A DNA stretch of 64,000 nt, from NCBI GenBank assembly GCA_951406725.2, contig OX597821.1, positions 111,786,001 to 111,850,000 on the forward strand, read 5' to 3'. Made by a program: the position numbers and the translations under genes. Shown here piece after piece: positions 41,569 to 55,875 of the stretch (the first letter of the stretch is position 1; every line of letters starts with the position of its first letter). Origin of the DNA: Octopus vulgaris (taxonomy: Eukaryota). The notes beneath the pieces are model-generated. The model saw only the letters and a program-made list of their open reading frames with translations, made no database searches and was not told the origin of the DNA.

Positions 41569-42454
41569 TAGGAAAACAGTTAATAAACAATCACTGATGT
41601 TGCAAATAGCCGCCTCGCTGAATAAAGATTGTTATATGCAACAGAATCAGCGTTAGAGTAAAATAACGTGCTTAATATGTTCTTCTTCATTTGGCGGGAG
41701 TATTGGCTACTATTTTTATCTGGAAGTGTGAACTTGCAGAGGCTTCTGCATCGAGTCATTATAAAGAACCTTGGTGTAGGGTCACGTCTGTTACTACTAC
41801 TCCTGCTACTGCTGCTGCTACTATTGTTGTTGTTGACAGTATTTAATCTAAAATCAGTCATGCGTTCAAAACTGTGCCGCACCACATATTTTTTGCAGCA
41901 CTTGACTGATTTATGTCTAAAAGTTTACCAATTGGTACCCAAAATATTACAAGATTATTTGCTAGTGGAAAGAATACATTTTAAACATTTGATTTGAATT
42001 TAGCAAATTTTAATATTTTCTAAAAAAATTATCTAATAAAAATTATAGCATTTGCATAAAAATGTTCTATTTTACATTTTGTTATCAACTCATTATCATA
42101 TACCAACGAATAGCAGACACACACACATACACAGACTCTCTCTTTCTCTCTCTCTTTCTTTCTTTCTCCCTCTTTCTCTTTCTCTGTATGTAAGTGCGTA
42201 TGCCTGTCTGTATTTATATGCAGGGTGTGGCAGAAAAATTCTTCCATATTTTGCACAGCTATTGGCGTAGCGTTAGTGAATTTATGCAGATGATAATGGC
42301 GTCTTCTTGTAGTTAATATTCCATCGTTTTCTTTCTCTGTAATTGCCATCTTGATTTGAACTGGTGCAAATTGTGCATTAGCTGTTGAAATATTAGTCTT
42401 CTTGCAAAATGTGGGAAGGATTTTTGCAGCGCCCTGCACCTCTATGGACATTTT

Positions 42455-42720
42455 TTTCAATTCAATTCAATTTTTATTGGCTCAAAAAGCAAAAGCAAGG
42501 CCATGTAAGGGGACAGGGAGTTATGTACAGGGAGGGTGGCCATACAAAGAGTTCAAGCCATTTCTGGTCAAGAGAGACTTTGAACCGAGCGGTCGTCGGC
42601 ATCTTCACTATCTCGTCCGGCAGCTTATTCCACGGATCCGCAACCCGGACGGAGAAAGCCCCTCACCTTCGATTGAGATGAAATCGTCGTAGATAGAACT
42701 TTTCGGAGTGACCCCGCAGC
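42455..42720 (-). mobile_element. CR1 LINE 3' end with (TTGAA)n tail
   Basis: Minus frame LRGHSEKFYLRRFHLNRR*GAFSVRVADPWNKLPDEIV..FKVSLD. Confidence 0.8.
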
Positions 42721-43064
42721 ATATACTGAGACATGTACAGACCCATACATGGTGTGAGAAAAAGCCCTTTGATACTAATTTAAACAGTCGCTGGAACTTA
42801 ATGAGCTTTTAAAAGATGTGCATCTTGCCTTCCTCTAACTCGCCTTAACTCACCCTCACCGCACCCCCCCCCCCCCCATCCTATTGAATTCACTACATCG
42901 ACTTCCACCCCTTCCGTTGACTGCTACGGCTCAGGGATTCTAGGATAAGTGGTCTGCTACTAAACTCTTGAAGCTGCCAGCTCTGTTGAACTAAGTGTCT
43001 GGTCAATTGAACAAGATTACGCTTCATTTCGTACTGGTTTTAGGACAATGAATGTTCTCGCGTC

Positions 43065-43291
43065 TCTTTTTTCTCTTTTACTTGTTTCAGTCATTTCACC
43101 GTGGCCATGCTGGAGCACCGCCTTTAGTCGAAAAAAAATCGACCCCAGGACTTATTCTTTGTAAGCCTAGTACTTATTGTATCGATCTCCTTTGCCGAAC
43201 CGCTAAGTTACGGGGACGTAAACACACCAGCATCGGTTGTCAAGCGATGTTGGGGCAAAAACACATACACAGAAACATATACACACACACG

Positions 43292-43346
<55 letters not shown>

Positions 43347-43517
43347 ACACATACGACGGGCTCCTTTCAGTTTCCGTCTACCAAATCCACCCACAAGGAT
43401 TTGGTCGGCCTGAGGCTGTAGTAGAAGACACTTGCCCAAGTTGCTATGCAGTGTGACTGAACCCGGAACCATGTGGTTGGTAAGCAAGCTACTTACCACA
43501 CAACCACTCCTACGCCT
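43065..43517 (-). mobile_element. SINE family A
   Basis: Reverse complement of the consensus. Confidence 0.9.
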
Positions 43518-43610
43518 ATATCTTTTGATATTTTCTAATACATACATACATACATACATACATACATACATACATACATACATACATACATACATACATA
43601 CATACATACA

Positions 43611-43643
<33 letters not shown>

Positions 43644-43699
43644 GTATACACACACACATATATATGATGATTGCTTCATCTTGAGAGATGATAGCCGTC

Positions 43700-43910
43700 C
43701 CATCAGCACACACACACACCAACCCCCATCACACAGTACAATCACTCCGTTGATGAGCCCTTAGATGACTTTTAAGACCAGCTGCTGACTGACAAGGTTC
43801 AAAACACAAGTGACAGATATTATTCATATTTTTTATGCATCTTTGTATCTTTAACGCGTCCATAATTAACCGAAGACTGTTTGATTTTATTATTTTCCTT
43901 CTTTTTTGCC
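43700..43910 (-). mobile_element. RTE-like LINE C-terminal zinc-knuckle remnant
   Basis: ICHLCFEPCQSAAGLKSHLRAH, a C2H2-like motif found at RTE ORF ends. Confidence 0.6.
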
Positions 43911-44040
43911 TGTGTGAGTTACAGAGAGTGTTATCTATGGGGTCACATTCTGTAGCGAAAAGAAATAACGGTCTTTTGACTACTATTTCTAAATTTTTCG
44001 GTATGTGGTTAAGCAACTTGTTGCTAAACCCTTAATTATT

Positions 44041-44087
<47 letters not shown>

Positions 44088-44324
44088 AATGTAAACAGAG
44101 TTAGCGGTTATAGTAACCGGTTAAGGGATAAAACTATCCGTATACGCTATCGATATCCGTTACCTGTTTTATCCCCGGGCATTGGTGTGCAGGTACACCA
44201 TACACGTAGAGTGCAGGTAACAAACAGGATAAACAAGAGCTTATCAGGAACCAATGCAAATAATCAGAAAATGGAGAAAACCACAGATTAACAAATACAT
44301 CGATTGGATCACATTTATAGCGTA

Positions 44325-44680
44325 TCTCTCTCTACATATAAAGCTGAAGTTGTCTGCGTATGGCAGGTTTGGTAGCCTTCAACTAACACTATCTTCTCCG
44401 AGACCCTGCGGCGCAAGTTGACCAAAATTAAAAGTATGATAGAAGAAATCTTGCTCTTCTTTCTGCAGAAGAAAAAATTCAAATCGGACCATGTTAACAC
44501 CAAAAATTATTTACATCAAAAAGGTGCTTTTTTTTATCTTTGAAAATCCCTATCAATTACGATTTTTTGACTGCTGTGTCGCCATTTTTCGGTGTATTTC
44601 AACCAGAAAAATGTTCACTTAAAGAAATCCAATTCTAAAGGGTCGAAACAAACCCGTGCAACGCCGGGCGATACTGCTAG
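44325..44680 (+). mobile_element. Non-autonomous Helitron, second subfamily (356 bp)
   Basis: A|TCTCTCTCTACATATAAAG 5' end; 3' end ACAAACCCGTGCAACGCCGGGCGATACTGCTAG|T, shared with the 23481 Helitron. Confidence 0.82.
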
Positions 44681-45181
44681 TTTATTAATACAAAGCATTA
44701 CATGCTTTGTATTAACAAATAAACTATAAATGTGGTCCAATCGATGTGTAGGTTATTCTATGGGTTTCTCCATTTTCTAATTATATATATATGTATGTTT
44801 GAAGGTTTGGAGATGATGTACAGGTATTTTATATTAGAAGAAATGAGGTACTCAGAAATTCGGATGGTTTTATATTTACAGATATTTATTTGTATATTAC
44901 GTGTTTTATACGTTATATAATTCATATCCTATATCATATATTAGCGCCTGCGTCCATTCTGGTGGAGTTTCCAAATTGAACTAAGTTCCTGTGGAAAAAT
45001 TTTGACCATTTTATATATATATATATATATAATTCATAAATGAGGGCAAAGGAAAAAAAATTTCTAATGCCAAATATGCCGAAAAACTGGACATATTGTC
45101 CATTAACCATATAATTTTTTCACAATACGCACGCTACTCGAAAAAAGGTCGACAGAAATTTCTAAAAAATTCCATTATTAC

Positions 45182-45238
45182 CATATCTGACCGATTTCAG
45201 AGTTAGCCACTAAGAGCCCTCTCTTCGTCAGTAATACA
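45182..45238 (-). ncRNA. Type I hammerhead ribozyme motif
   Basis: Minus strand reads GTATTA-CTGACGA-AGAG..CTCT-GAAA-TCG-GTC-AGATAT. The core is intact; the first pair of stem I is mismatched. Confidence 0.6.
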
Positions 45239-45834
45239 TGTGGCAAAAGAAATAAATGAGATACTTACTCGCACCCATGGAAGAATTTGATATATATATA
45301 TACACGTGTGTGTGTGTGCATATATGTTATTACATATATAACATACACATTTTCAGTTTCCGTCTACCAAATCCACTCACAATGCTTTGGTCGGACCGAG
45401 GCTATAGTAGAAGACACTTGCCCATGGTGCCATGCAGTGGAACTGAACCCGGAACCATGTGGTTGGGAAGCAAGCTTCTTACCACACAGTCACGTCTGCG
45501 CCTATATGAAGATATGATCTATTATGTGTGACATCTTGGACAGCCTCGGATTGACCACGTCCTGTTTTGTGAATGGATTTTGTAGACAGAAACTTAAAGA
45601 AGCCTATCGTATAAATGTGTGTGTGTGTGTGTGTTTATGTTTGTTCCCTACCACAACTCGATAAGCGGTATTGGTTTGTTTATGTCACGGAAGTTTGCGA
45701 TTTGGCAAACAGAGACAATTAGAATGAGTACCATATTTGAAACAATGATGTAATGCTGTAGATTTGTTCAATAGACCTTTCAAGGCGGTGTCCCAGTATG
45801 GCCGCAGTCCAATGACTGAAACATGTAAAAGATT

Positions 45835-45884
<50 letters not shown>

Positions 45885-45889
<5 letters not shown>

Positions 45890-46023
45890 CTTTCTTACCA
45901 ATCACATGGTTCCAGGTTCAGTCCTACTGTGTGGCACCTTGGCCAAGTGTCTTCTACTATAGCCTCGGGGCAACCAAAGCCCTGTGAGTGGATTTGGTAG
46001 ACGGAAACTGAAAGAAGCCCGTC

Positions 46024-46107
<84 letters not shown>

Positions 46108-46322
46108 TTGTTTGTTTGTTTGTGTTTGACCCCCCAGCATCGCTTGACAACCAATGTTGGTGTGTTTACGTCTCCGTAAACTAGCGGTTCGGCAAAAGAG
46201 ACCGATAGAATAAGTACTAGGCTTGCAAAGAATAAGCCCTGGGGCCGATTTGTTCGACTAATATGATTGAGACCATGCTCCAGCATGGTCTCAATCATAT
46301 GACTGAAACAAATAAAAGAATA
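45885..46322 (+). mobile_element. SINE family A (further fragments at 45350-45503 minus and 45560-45832 plus)
   Basis: Consensus blocks. Confidence 0.85.
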
Positions 46323-46330
46323 AAGGAATA

Positions 46331-47035
46331 TCATCATCATCATCATCGATTAACGTCCACTTCCCATGCTGGCATAGGTTGGACGGTTTGACGGAGGTCT
46401 GGAGAGCCATCGGCTGCATCAGGCTCCTATCTGGTCTTACAGAGTTTCTACAGCTGGATGCCCTTCCTAACGCCAACCACTCCGAAAGTGTAAAAGGTGC
46501 TTTTTACATGCCATCGACACAGGAGCCAGTAAGGCGGACCTGGCATCAACCACGTTCGGATGATGTTTTTTTTACGTACCATCGGCACCGGAGCCAGTAA
46601 GGCGAGCCTGGCAATGAACACGTTCGGATGGCGCCTTTTACGTGCCATCGGCACAAGATCCAGTCAGGTGGATCTGGCATCAACCACGTTCAGATGGCGC
46701 ATTTTACGTGCCTTCGGCATAGGAGCCAAGTCAGGGATAACCGGCTCCAGGTATGATATTGGTTTTACAAGACTCAACGGGTCTTCTCAAACATATCATA
46801 TTGCCCGACGCATCAGAAGTATTCTTAACAGCGCTGAACATGTGTGGCTGTGATCTTACTTTAGTTGTCGAGTCTTCTCAATCACAGCATATCTCCAAAG
46901 ATCCCGGTCTCCTGTCGTTGCCTCTCTGATGTCGAATCTTCGAAGGGCTTGCTTCACCACCTCATCCCATGTCTTCCTGGGTCTACCTATTCCACATGTT
47001 CCTTCAACAGTTAGGGAGTGACCCTTTCTCAATGG
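46331..47035 (-). mobile_element. RTE LINE 3' end with 3'UTR tandem units and (ATG)n tail
   Basis: Minus frame [28 protein letters not shown]. Units of ~70 bp (TTTTACGTGCCATCGGCAC..CTGGCA..CACGTTCGGAT) repeat at 46495-46730. Confidence 0.8.
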
Positions 47036-47049
47036 TGTGTGTGTGTGCG

Positions 47050-47134
<85 letters not shown>

Positions 47135-48907
47135 ATATATATGAGTGTGTGTGTATATATGAAAAGGATATCTCGTGCATAGCAATCCACTTGACTAGAG
47201 ATGATGGCGGTCCATTTCGGAGTGATAACCATTTATTACACATTGTTAAATTATGGACTCCATTGCAAAACTAATTTTAATGGTTAAATTTAACTAAGCG
47301 TGAGCAAAATAAATTACACACGCCATAAACTGCTTTTAAAATCAAAACAAATGAGAAATTAACAAGAAAGAAGAACAAGAACAAGAATAACACTAAGAAC
47401 ATCGACAACAACAACAACAGCAATAGCAGCAGCAGCAACAACAACAACAACAACAGCGATATCACTCAGATGATAGCCAAGTTTGTCATACATATAATTA
47501 CCATACTCCATCTTCCGTGAGCTCCAAAGATGTCAACGGACTTTCACTGCCTTCTTAAGTCATATTTATTTCTTCATTAAAAAATTAATTTCTTCAGTGA
47601 AATCCAGCGAATGTCACCCTGTTTTATTTTTTTATTTTTTCTATATTTACGTTTTTATTGTTTTACTTTTCAGTTTCTTCTACTTGGTTGTTATTATTAT
47701 TGTGTTTTTTTTATAAATATTTTGTTGTTTTTCTTACTGTTGTTAACATCTTGCCCTTTTCTGTGTGAAAGGAAAGAATATGATAATTTTTGTGGAATAA
47801 ACGGTTACATTTCTATGAGCCAAAATGGCTGTATATGTTAACTACAGCGTTCTTTTAATCAAGAAAATTTTCAATAATTACTGATATCGATTATTCCCTT
47901 TCAGTGTTTATGTTCAATATTTCCTGATATTTTCCCCTTTTCTTTTCTTCTATTTTGTTTTTTTTTCTTTTTCATTCTATATTTTGTTTTAATTTTTATT
48001 TAATTTTGTTTATTTTATTTTTTAACAAACAGCAATGATTTATGTTTGTCTTGAAGATACCACAAACAGTTGACTTTCTTCTTCCTCTAATACCCGCCTT
48101 ACCAATCTACTACATCCGCCACCACCGCTACCAGCGCCGCCAGCCATGCCACTACTACCGTCGCCACCGCTGCTGCCCTCTTTCTCTCACAATTACAATA
48201 TTTTGTAAGCAACTTTTGGCCAAGTTCTGAAATCAACAGAATCTTCCTCAACTTCTCCCTGCTTCCATTATAACCTTTCTCCGCACAAACACAGGCACCC
48301 ACCCACGCTCATACACACACACACACACACATGTATACGCATAAATTTACGCGCTTATACAGATAGTCATAGACATGGACACTTCACACGCACATACATA
48401 CACCACATATTATTACAAGAAGACTGACCAAAACTAAAGAATTTATAGTTGAGGCTGATCAATCATAGCTGGCTTTCAATTCCGCCACACCCATCCGTCT
48501 GCCCCCTATTTTCTTCTTCGTTTTTTTTTGCTGTTGTTATTGTTGATTTTTTTCTTTATTTCTTTTTTTTTTGTCGGTGTTGGAATAAACAATAAAAGAT
48601 ATTCAGATATTTCAATGTTTGTTATCGATTCCTTGATATTTCATGCAGAATGGAGATCTCTGTTTTCTAAACGACTTCAGTTCGACATATCGATTTATTT
48701 ACAATTTTTCTGATTTTATTCTAAAACAAAAAAAAAAGGAAGAAAAACACTTCCCAATAGAAATAAAACTACATCTGATGCTCGATGCTGACAGCTGTTT
48801 TCTACTCAAAAAACCAAACAAACAAACAAGGAGAAAAACAACACCAACAACTACAACTACAACAACCATATCACAACTATTATGATGACAAATGCTACCA
48901 GGAATTC

Positions 48908-49240
<333 letters not shown>

Positions 49241-49279
49241 CCTTTCTACTATAGGCACAAGGCCCGAAATTTGGGTGTA

Positions 49280-50015
49280 GGGGACTAAAACTGGAAACGT
49301 AGGCTCCAATCTGTGCTACCCAAGAGCAAGCACTAAGAACAAACTACATAAAATACAGAATAGACAACACATCAGAAAGTGATAAGTGCAGAATCTGTGG
49401 ACAAAACGGTGAAACCGTATGGCATATTATCAGCCAATATACGCCACTAGCCCAGAAGGAATATAAAAGGCGCCATGACAATATAGCCAGGGTTGTCCAT
49501 TGGACACTTTGCAACAAGTATGGACTTGACAGAGCAAAAAATTGGTACGACCACAAAACCGAAGGCATCATCGAAAACAAAAATGCAAAGATCCTATGGG
49601 ATTTTATGATTCAGTGCGACCATGAGATAGAGAATAGGAAGCCAGACATGGTCTTAATTGAGAAAGAAAACAAACTATGCTGGATCATAGATATAGCATG
49701 CCCAGCTGACAACAAGGTATGCGATAAGGAAGAAAGAAAAGTCGAGAGATATGACAGGTTAGCTTTGGAAGTTAAGCAGTTGTGATCGATGAAAATGTAG
49801 CCGTAGTACCAATAATTGTCGGAGCCCTGGGAACAGTGAGCAAAAATCTCGAGAGGTACGTGGAACAAATAGGGGCTGCAGAAAACAGCACTGCTTGGAA
49901 CCGCTCGAATACTCCGGAAGGTGTTCGAAAAATAAGAGGTGTTACCTTAGTTCACTGGTAAGTGAACAGCTGACACCGTAGTACATCTCCAGCGTTAGAA
50001 ACTGTGCAAAGACAT
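49280..50015 (+). mobile_element. R4/Dong-clade RLE retrotransposon, family 2, 3' fragment followed by (TAA)n
   Basis: QEQALRTNY..KCRICG..ETVWHI..YKRRHDNIARVVHW..KILWDF..NRKPDMV..CWIIDIACPAD..VPIIVGALG (CCHC knuckle plus PD-D/ExK endonuclease). Confidence 0.88.
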
Positions 50016-50018
50016 TAA

Positions 50019-50076
<58 letters not shown>

Positions 50077-50139
50077 TTTACCCCAGTGTCACTTTGATGG
50101 CATGAACTGCTCTCTCACTCAATAATAATAATAATAATT

Positions 50140-50188
<49 letters not shown>

Positions 50189-50214
50189 GGATGATGATGA
50201 TGATGATGATGATG

Positions 50215-50276
<62 letters not shown>

Positions 50277-50386
50277 CCTTTTTACTACGGGCACAAGGCC
50301 TAAATTTTTTTGTGGGGGCGGGACTAGCGTTTCACTGGTACTTAATCTATCGACCCGAAAGGATGACGATATTGCCAGCCGCCACC

Positions 50387-50436
<50 letters not shown>

Positions 50437-50437
<1 letters not shown>

Positions 50438-53157
50438 TGCTTCTGAAAAAAATAATGAAATACAAACCTGAGAAGAATTCCAAACTGGAAAAGTAAAATT
50501 GAAAAAAGAGATTGAAATAATGACAAGTGAAATATTAATATTGAATGAACTAATCTGTGGAAACGATGTATAAATAAGAAAAGGAAGAAAGATGAAGAAA
50601 AAACATAGATTCTCACCAAGAGAAGAACTGCTTTCAGCAAAAGATATACTGCAAGAAAAAGTCCAAGTAAAAGCTCAAAGAATACGAAGATTTGAGAAGC
50701 GAAATAAGTTCTACAAGCAAAATAAGCTGTTCACAAACAATGCGAAAATATTCTACAGAGAAATAGGGAAGGAGAAAATAAGCTTCGAAGACCCCCCACT
50801 CCCATGGAAGAAGTTGAAAACTTTTGAAAAAATATGTGGTGTGAAGAAAAGACTTACAATGAAAATGCAGACCAGATTAGATGCACAGAAGAATCCTACC
50901 AAAACTTACCAGAACAAGCACAGGAAGACATCACAATAGCAGACCTAAGGATGACACTCATCAAGGCTCATAAGTGGAAGTCTCCTGGTAATGGTAGGAG
51001 GCTAAATTTCTGGCTCACTTCGCTCCCGTGCACATACCAAAGGTTAGTCCAGTTATTCAATGAATTTATGAGAGATCCTACGAAAACACCTGATTGGTTA
51101 GAAAGATTTATTACTTACCTACTGCCGAAGAATAATGAAACCATATTTCCTGGAAAAAAAATCAGTTCATAAAATGTCTATTTACCACGTATAAAATTTT
51201 AACATCGATCCTTGTGGAGAAAACATACAAATTTATGGAAAAGAACGGTATTTTCCCCACTGAACAAAAAGGATGCCAACGAGGCTCATATGGATGCAAA
51301 GACCAATTCTTAATCAATCTCATGATCCTTGAGAACTCTCATAGCAAACACAGAAATCTAACTTCTGCGTGAATTGATTAGAAAAAGGCCTTAGACAGCA
51401 TACCGCATTCATGGATCTTGAAATCGCTAGATATATTCAAAATTTCACCTGTGATTTCAAATTTCCTGAAGCACATGTCAGTGTGGAATACGAATTTCCA
51501 ATTATGCCATTCTAATTGAGCACTGACCATAAAAATATTAATATCAGCTGCGGCATTTTCCAAGGTGATTCACTTTCACCTTAAATTTTCTGCATAGCCC
51601 TAATACCCCTTACAAGTGAACTTAACAGAACAGGGTATGGATATAAAATTGGCGACAAGAAAACAAGTCATCTATTTTATATGGATGACTTAAAACTCTA
51701 TGGCAAAAACGATAATGAGCTTGAACGACTACTACGTACTGTGAAAGCATTCAGTTACGACATTGGGATGGAATTTGGTCTTGATAAATGTACCAAGGCC
51801 ACTTTCCAGAAAGAGAAACTGAAGACTTCACATTCAGTAGTGTTTGATGTTAACACAATCATAAAAGAACTCAAGCAGGAACACTTAAAAATACCTCGGA
51901 ATAAATGAGGGCTCTGGCATTCAGCATACAAGCATTAAAGAGAAGATCCGGAAGGAATGTTACAGGAGGGTTCGAGCAGTCTTAAGATCTGAGTTAAATG
52001 CATGTAACAAGGTGTTCGCTATAAATTCCTTAGCAGTTCCGGTTGTTGTTTACAGTTTCAATGTGTTGAACTGGAATATGAGCGAAATAAAGAAGATTAA
52101 CAGGAAAATCCGTAAGTTGCTGACTTGCTATAAGGAGCACCACCCAAGGGCAGACGCAGATCGTCTTTACCTACCCAGAGCTCAATGAGGTCGAGGCTTG
52201 ATCGAGCTTGAAATCTCTTACAAAACCACCACAATTTCACTGGCAAGATATCTTGAAATATCTAACAACCAGAAGCTAAATCTCGTTAAAAACCATAAAT
52301 GATGTAAGAAGCTTCATTCTGTTATGAAGAATGGCAAAAAAGTGAGTTTATGCACAATACCTAGGTTGAACAGCATGATGGAAGTGCGGCAACTGTAGAT
52401 GCAAAGAAGGTGAAATCAATAGCAAAACACATTGGCTGATAGGTGGGAACAAAAACCTCTGCACGGCAAATATGTGGCCCGTAGCAAAGAAGCTGATGTA
52501 GACCGGAAGCACACCCATCAGTGGTTATGGAGCTCAGGACTAAAGGCAGAGAGTGAAGGTTTTATTTTGGCTGTTCAAGATCAGAGCTTATTGACCCAGA
52601 ACTATCAAGCCAATTTGATGAAAACTGGTGTTGACCCAAAGTGCTGATACTGTAACGATGGCATTGAAATACTGAACGACCGAATCTGTGGGTTTAAGGT
52701 TTTAGCACCTGTAGAGCAGAAATCTACATTGGATAATGTGTTGGCATTATAAAATCAAAACTGTTGATAAATGGTACAAGCACCACCCTGAGTCTGTAAC
52801 TGAAAGAGAAAATGTAACTATTCTTTGGGATTACCGGACAATCAAGGCAAATAGACCAGATGTTGTTCTGAAAGACAAAAACAATAAAGTCTGTTTACTG
52901 ATTGACATGAACATACCCTGTGACCATAATATCTCGGCAAGAAGTTCAGGAAATATAAAGATTTACTAATCGAAATCGAAAAGATGTGGCATCTCAAGAC
53001 GGTTACAATACCAACGATTGTAGGAACACTTGGAATGATCAAGAAAGGAACTGAAAATTATTTAAGAATGATCCCTGATATACCATCCATGCTGGAAGTG
53101 CAAAAGATTGTCTTAACTGGTATGTCACACATACTCAGAAGAACATTGACGCTGTGA
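50437..53157 (+). mobile_element. R4/Dong-clade non-LTR retrotransposon (RT + RLE), family 1, decayed, in (TAA)n
   Basis: HKWKSPG, EQKGC.RGSYGCKDQ, GIFQGDSLSP, SHLFYMDDLKLY (51678-51689), GMEFGLDKC, HHPRADADRLYLPR, KPLHGKY, TILWD..ANRPDVV..LIDM; many stops and frameshifts. Confidence 0.92.
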
Positions 53158-53186
53158 GATCGATTACCTCCTCCTCCTCCTCCTCC

Positions 53187-53224
<38 letters not shown>

Positions 53225-53291
53225 GGCTATACTGGGCTTCGTATATTTTACCCCAGTGTCACTTTGATGTCATGCACTGCTCTCTCACTCA

Positions 53292-53332
<41 letters not shown>

Positions 53333-53593
53333 GACGATGATGATGGTTTCAAATTTTTGGCAGTATCGAACAATTTCTGTGGAGGGTTTAGTCGATTACA
53401 ATGACTCCATTATTCAACTGGTACTTACTTCCTAGACCCCCGAAAGGATGAAATGCAAAGTCAACCTCAGAGGAATTTGAACTCAGGAAGTAACGACGGA
53501 CGAAATGCCCGGCGCCCGAACAATTCTGCCAGCTCGCCGCCTTAATAACGATACTGATGATGATGATGACGACGACGATGATGATGACGATAA

Positions 53594-53627
<34 letters not shown>

Positions 53628-54682
53628 GCTGCTGCTGCTGCTGATGATGATGATGATGACGATGATGCTGATGATGACGATGATGCTGATGATGACGATG
53701 ATGATGACGACGATGATGATGGTGATGTTATTTATTGAATTATTAATACGAATTAGCCATTTTTTTTTTGTCTGAATACGTGTGAATGAGGTTAAATGCT
53801 TGCTTATTCGTGCAATGAGATTGCAAATAAACAGCCTCGGGTTCTCAGGTGACCATTTATCTAACTTCCAGAGAGAATCCATCCAAAGAGAATCATGAAT
53901 ATTCGACTCTTTTAGCCTCTTCCCATAGTAACAACAACAAAAACAACAGCAACAATAACAACAATGTCTAAAATGGACAACCTTTCTCTATGGTTTTTCT
54001 AGAATTATGCCGCTGAAACTAGGTGGCGTTCATTTTGATAAATAAACCTAAGTTTTGTATCATTTAACTTCCATCCATCGTCAATCATCTGTGTTATTAT
54101 TTTTTTTATCTTCGGCCGTTTATTTTTTTACTTGTTTTAGTCAATGGACCGTGGCCATGCTGGAGCAGCGCTTTGAAGGTTTAGTTTCGTCGAATAAATC
54201 GATGCTGGAACTTATTTATTGGTTGTTTTAAAAGTCTGGTGTTCACCCTACCGTTATCTATTTTCGTGAGTCTCTATGTTACAGGGACGTAAAGACGCCA
54301 ACCCCGGTTGTAAAGCTGTGGTGGGGATGGGAAAACAAAGGCACACACACACACACACCGTGGCTATAGTAGAAAGCACTTGCCCAAGGTGCCACACAGT
54401 GGAACTGAACCCGGAACCATGTGGTTGGAAAGCAAGCTTCTTACCACACAGTCAATAATAGTGATTTTACTACTACTATTAATTTTTTTACTATAACCAT
54501 TTCTTAAATATAGCCACGAAACACGTGTCATTATTCTACTAATTATATACGTATTTATTATTTTTTTGCAATTTACTTAATCATCGGTATATTATTGTTA
54601 TTTTAATTTTAATATTTCTATTATGTAATTTTCTAGATGGTGTAATCTAATTGTTCATTTTGAATTGATAAAAGGTGTTTTT

Positions 54683-54755
<73 letters not shown>

Positions 54756-54759
<4 letters not shown>

Positions 54760-55064
54760 ATTAAGGGTTTAGCAACGACTTGCCTCACCACACACCGAGT
54801 TTAGAAATAGCAGTCAAAGAGTTGTAGCTATTCTTTCTACTAAAAGGGAGATCTCAGTAAAACCACAGCACTTAGATCTCCCTTTTAGTAGAAAGAATAG
54901 CTACAACTCTTTGACTGCTATTTCTAAACTCGGTGTGTGGTGAGGCAAATCGTTGCTAAACCCTTAATTACTTAGTATTACTTAAACTTTCCTCGAATGG
55001 GGCTTTTACATGCCGAAATCTACTTGGTGAAATTAATGATTATTCCAAATTAATTAATTTCACC

Positions 55065-55067
<3 letters not shown>
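54756..55067. repeat. TA-embedded near-perfect fold-back (99-bp arms, 19-nt loop) plus extension
   Basis: 54756-54854 is the reverse complement of 54874-54972 with one mismatch; a diverged relative lies at 43945-44040. Confidence 0.92.
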
Positions 55068-55121
<54 letters not shown>

Positions 55122-55438
55122 GGAGATAAGGGGGCGAAACTGCAAGGACTTTCCGGACTTCGACTGATGAGGAAATCAGGTGCGAATGATTCGTGCATCT
55201 TGCTTTTGTCCTGTTTGTCGTTTGACGTGCTATCGTCTATTTTTCCGCATGTTGTGTTTTGTTGGTTTCCGTTTGTTGTGTTCTTTCTGTCCTACCTTTG
55301 ATTTATCTATATATATATATTATTTGTTGCTGTTTTTGTTTGTTCCTTCCCGAACCATGCCTGGCTCATAAGGGCCGGTTTCCCGGTTTCATTGGCGTAT
55401 AGGTTCCCCATCTGGACCGGACGCCGGTCCGTCGCTAG

Positions 55439-55469
<31 letters not shown>

Positions 55470-55639
55470 TGTATGTATGTATGTATGTATGTATGTATGA
55501 GTGTGTGTATGTATGTATGTATGTATGTATGTATGTGTGTGTGTGTATGTATGTATGTATGTATGTATGTATGCATGTATGTATGTATGTATGTATGTAT
55601 GTATGTATGTATGTATGTATGCGACAGGCTTGCATACAG

Positions 55640-55875
55640 TTTCTTATTTCTTTATTGCCCACAGGGGGCTAAACATAGAGGGGACAAACAAGGACAGACA
55701 AAGGGATTAAGTCGATTACAACGACTCCAGTGCGTAACTGGTACTTATTTAATCGACCCCGAAAGGATGAAAGGTTAAGTCGACCTCGGCGGAATTTGAA
55801 CTCAGACCGTAACGGCGGACGAAATACCACGAAACATTTCGCCCGGCGTGCTAACATTTCTGCCAGCTCACCCTT
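55640..55875 (-). mobile_element. SINE family B
   Basis: Reverse complement of the family B consensus. Confidence 0.88.

Noticed and set aside
50437-53157. Active retrotransposon or domesticated RT gene
   Set aside because: Multiple stops and frameshifts throughout.
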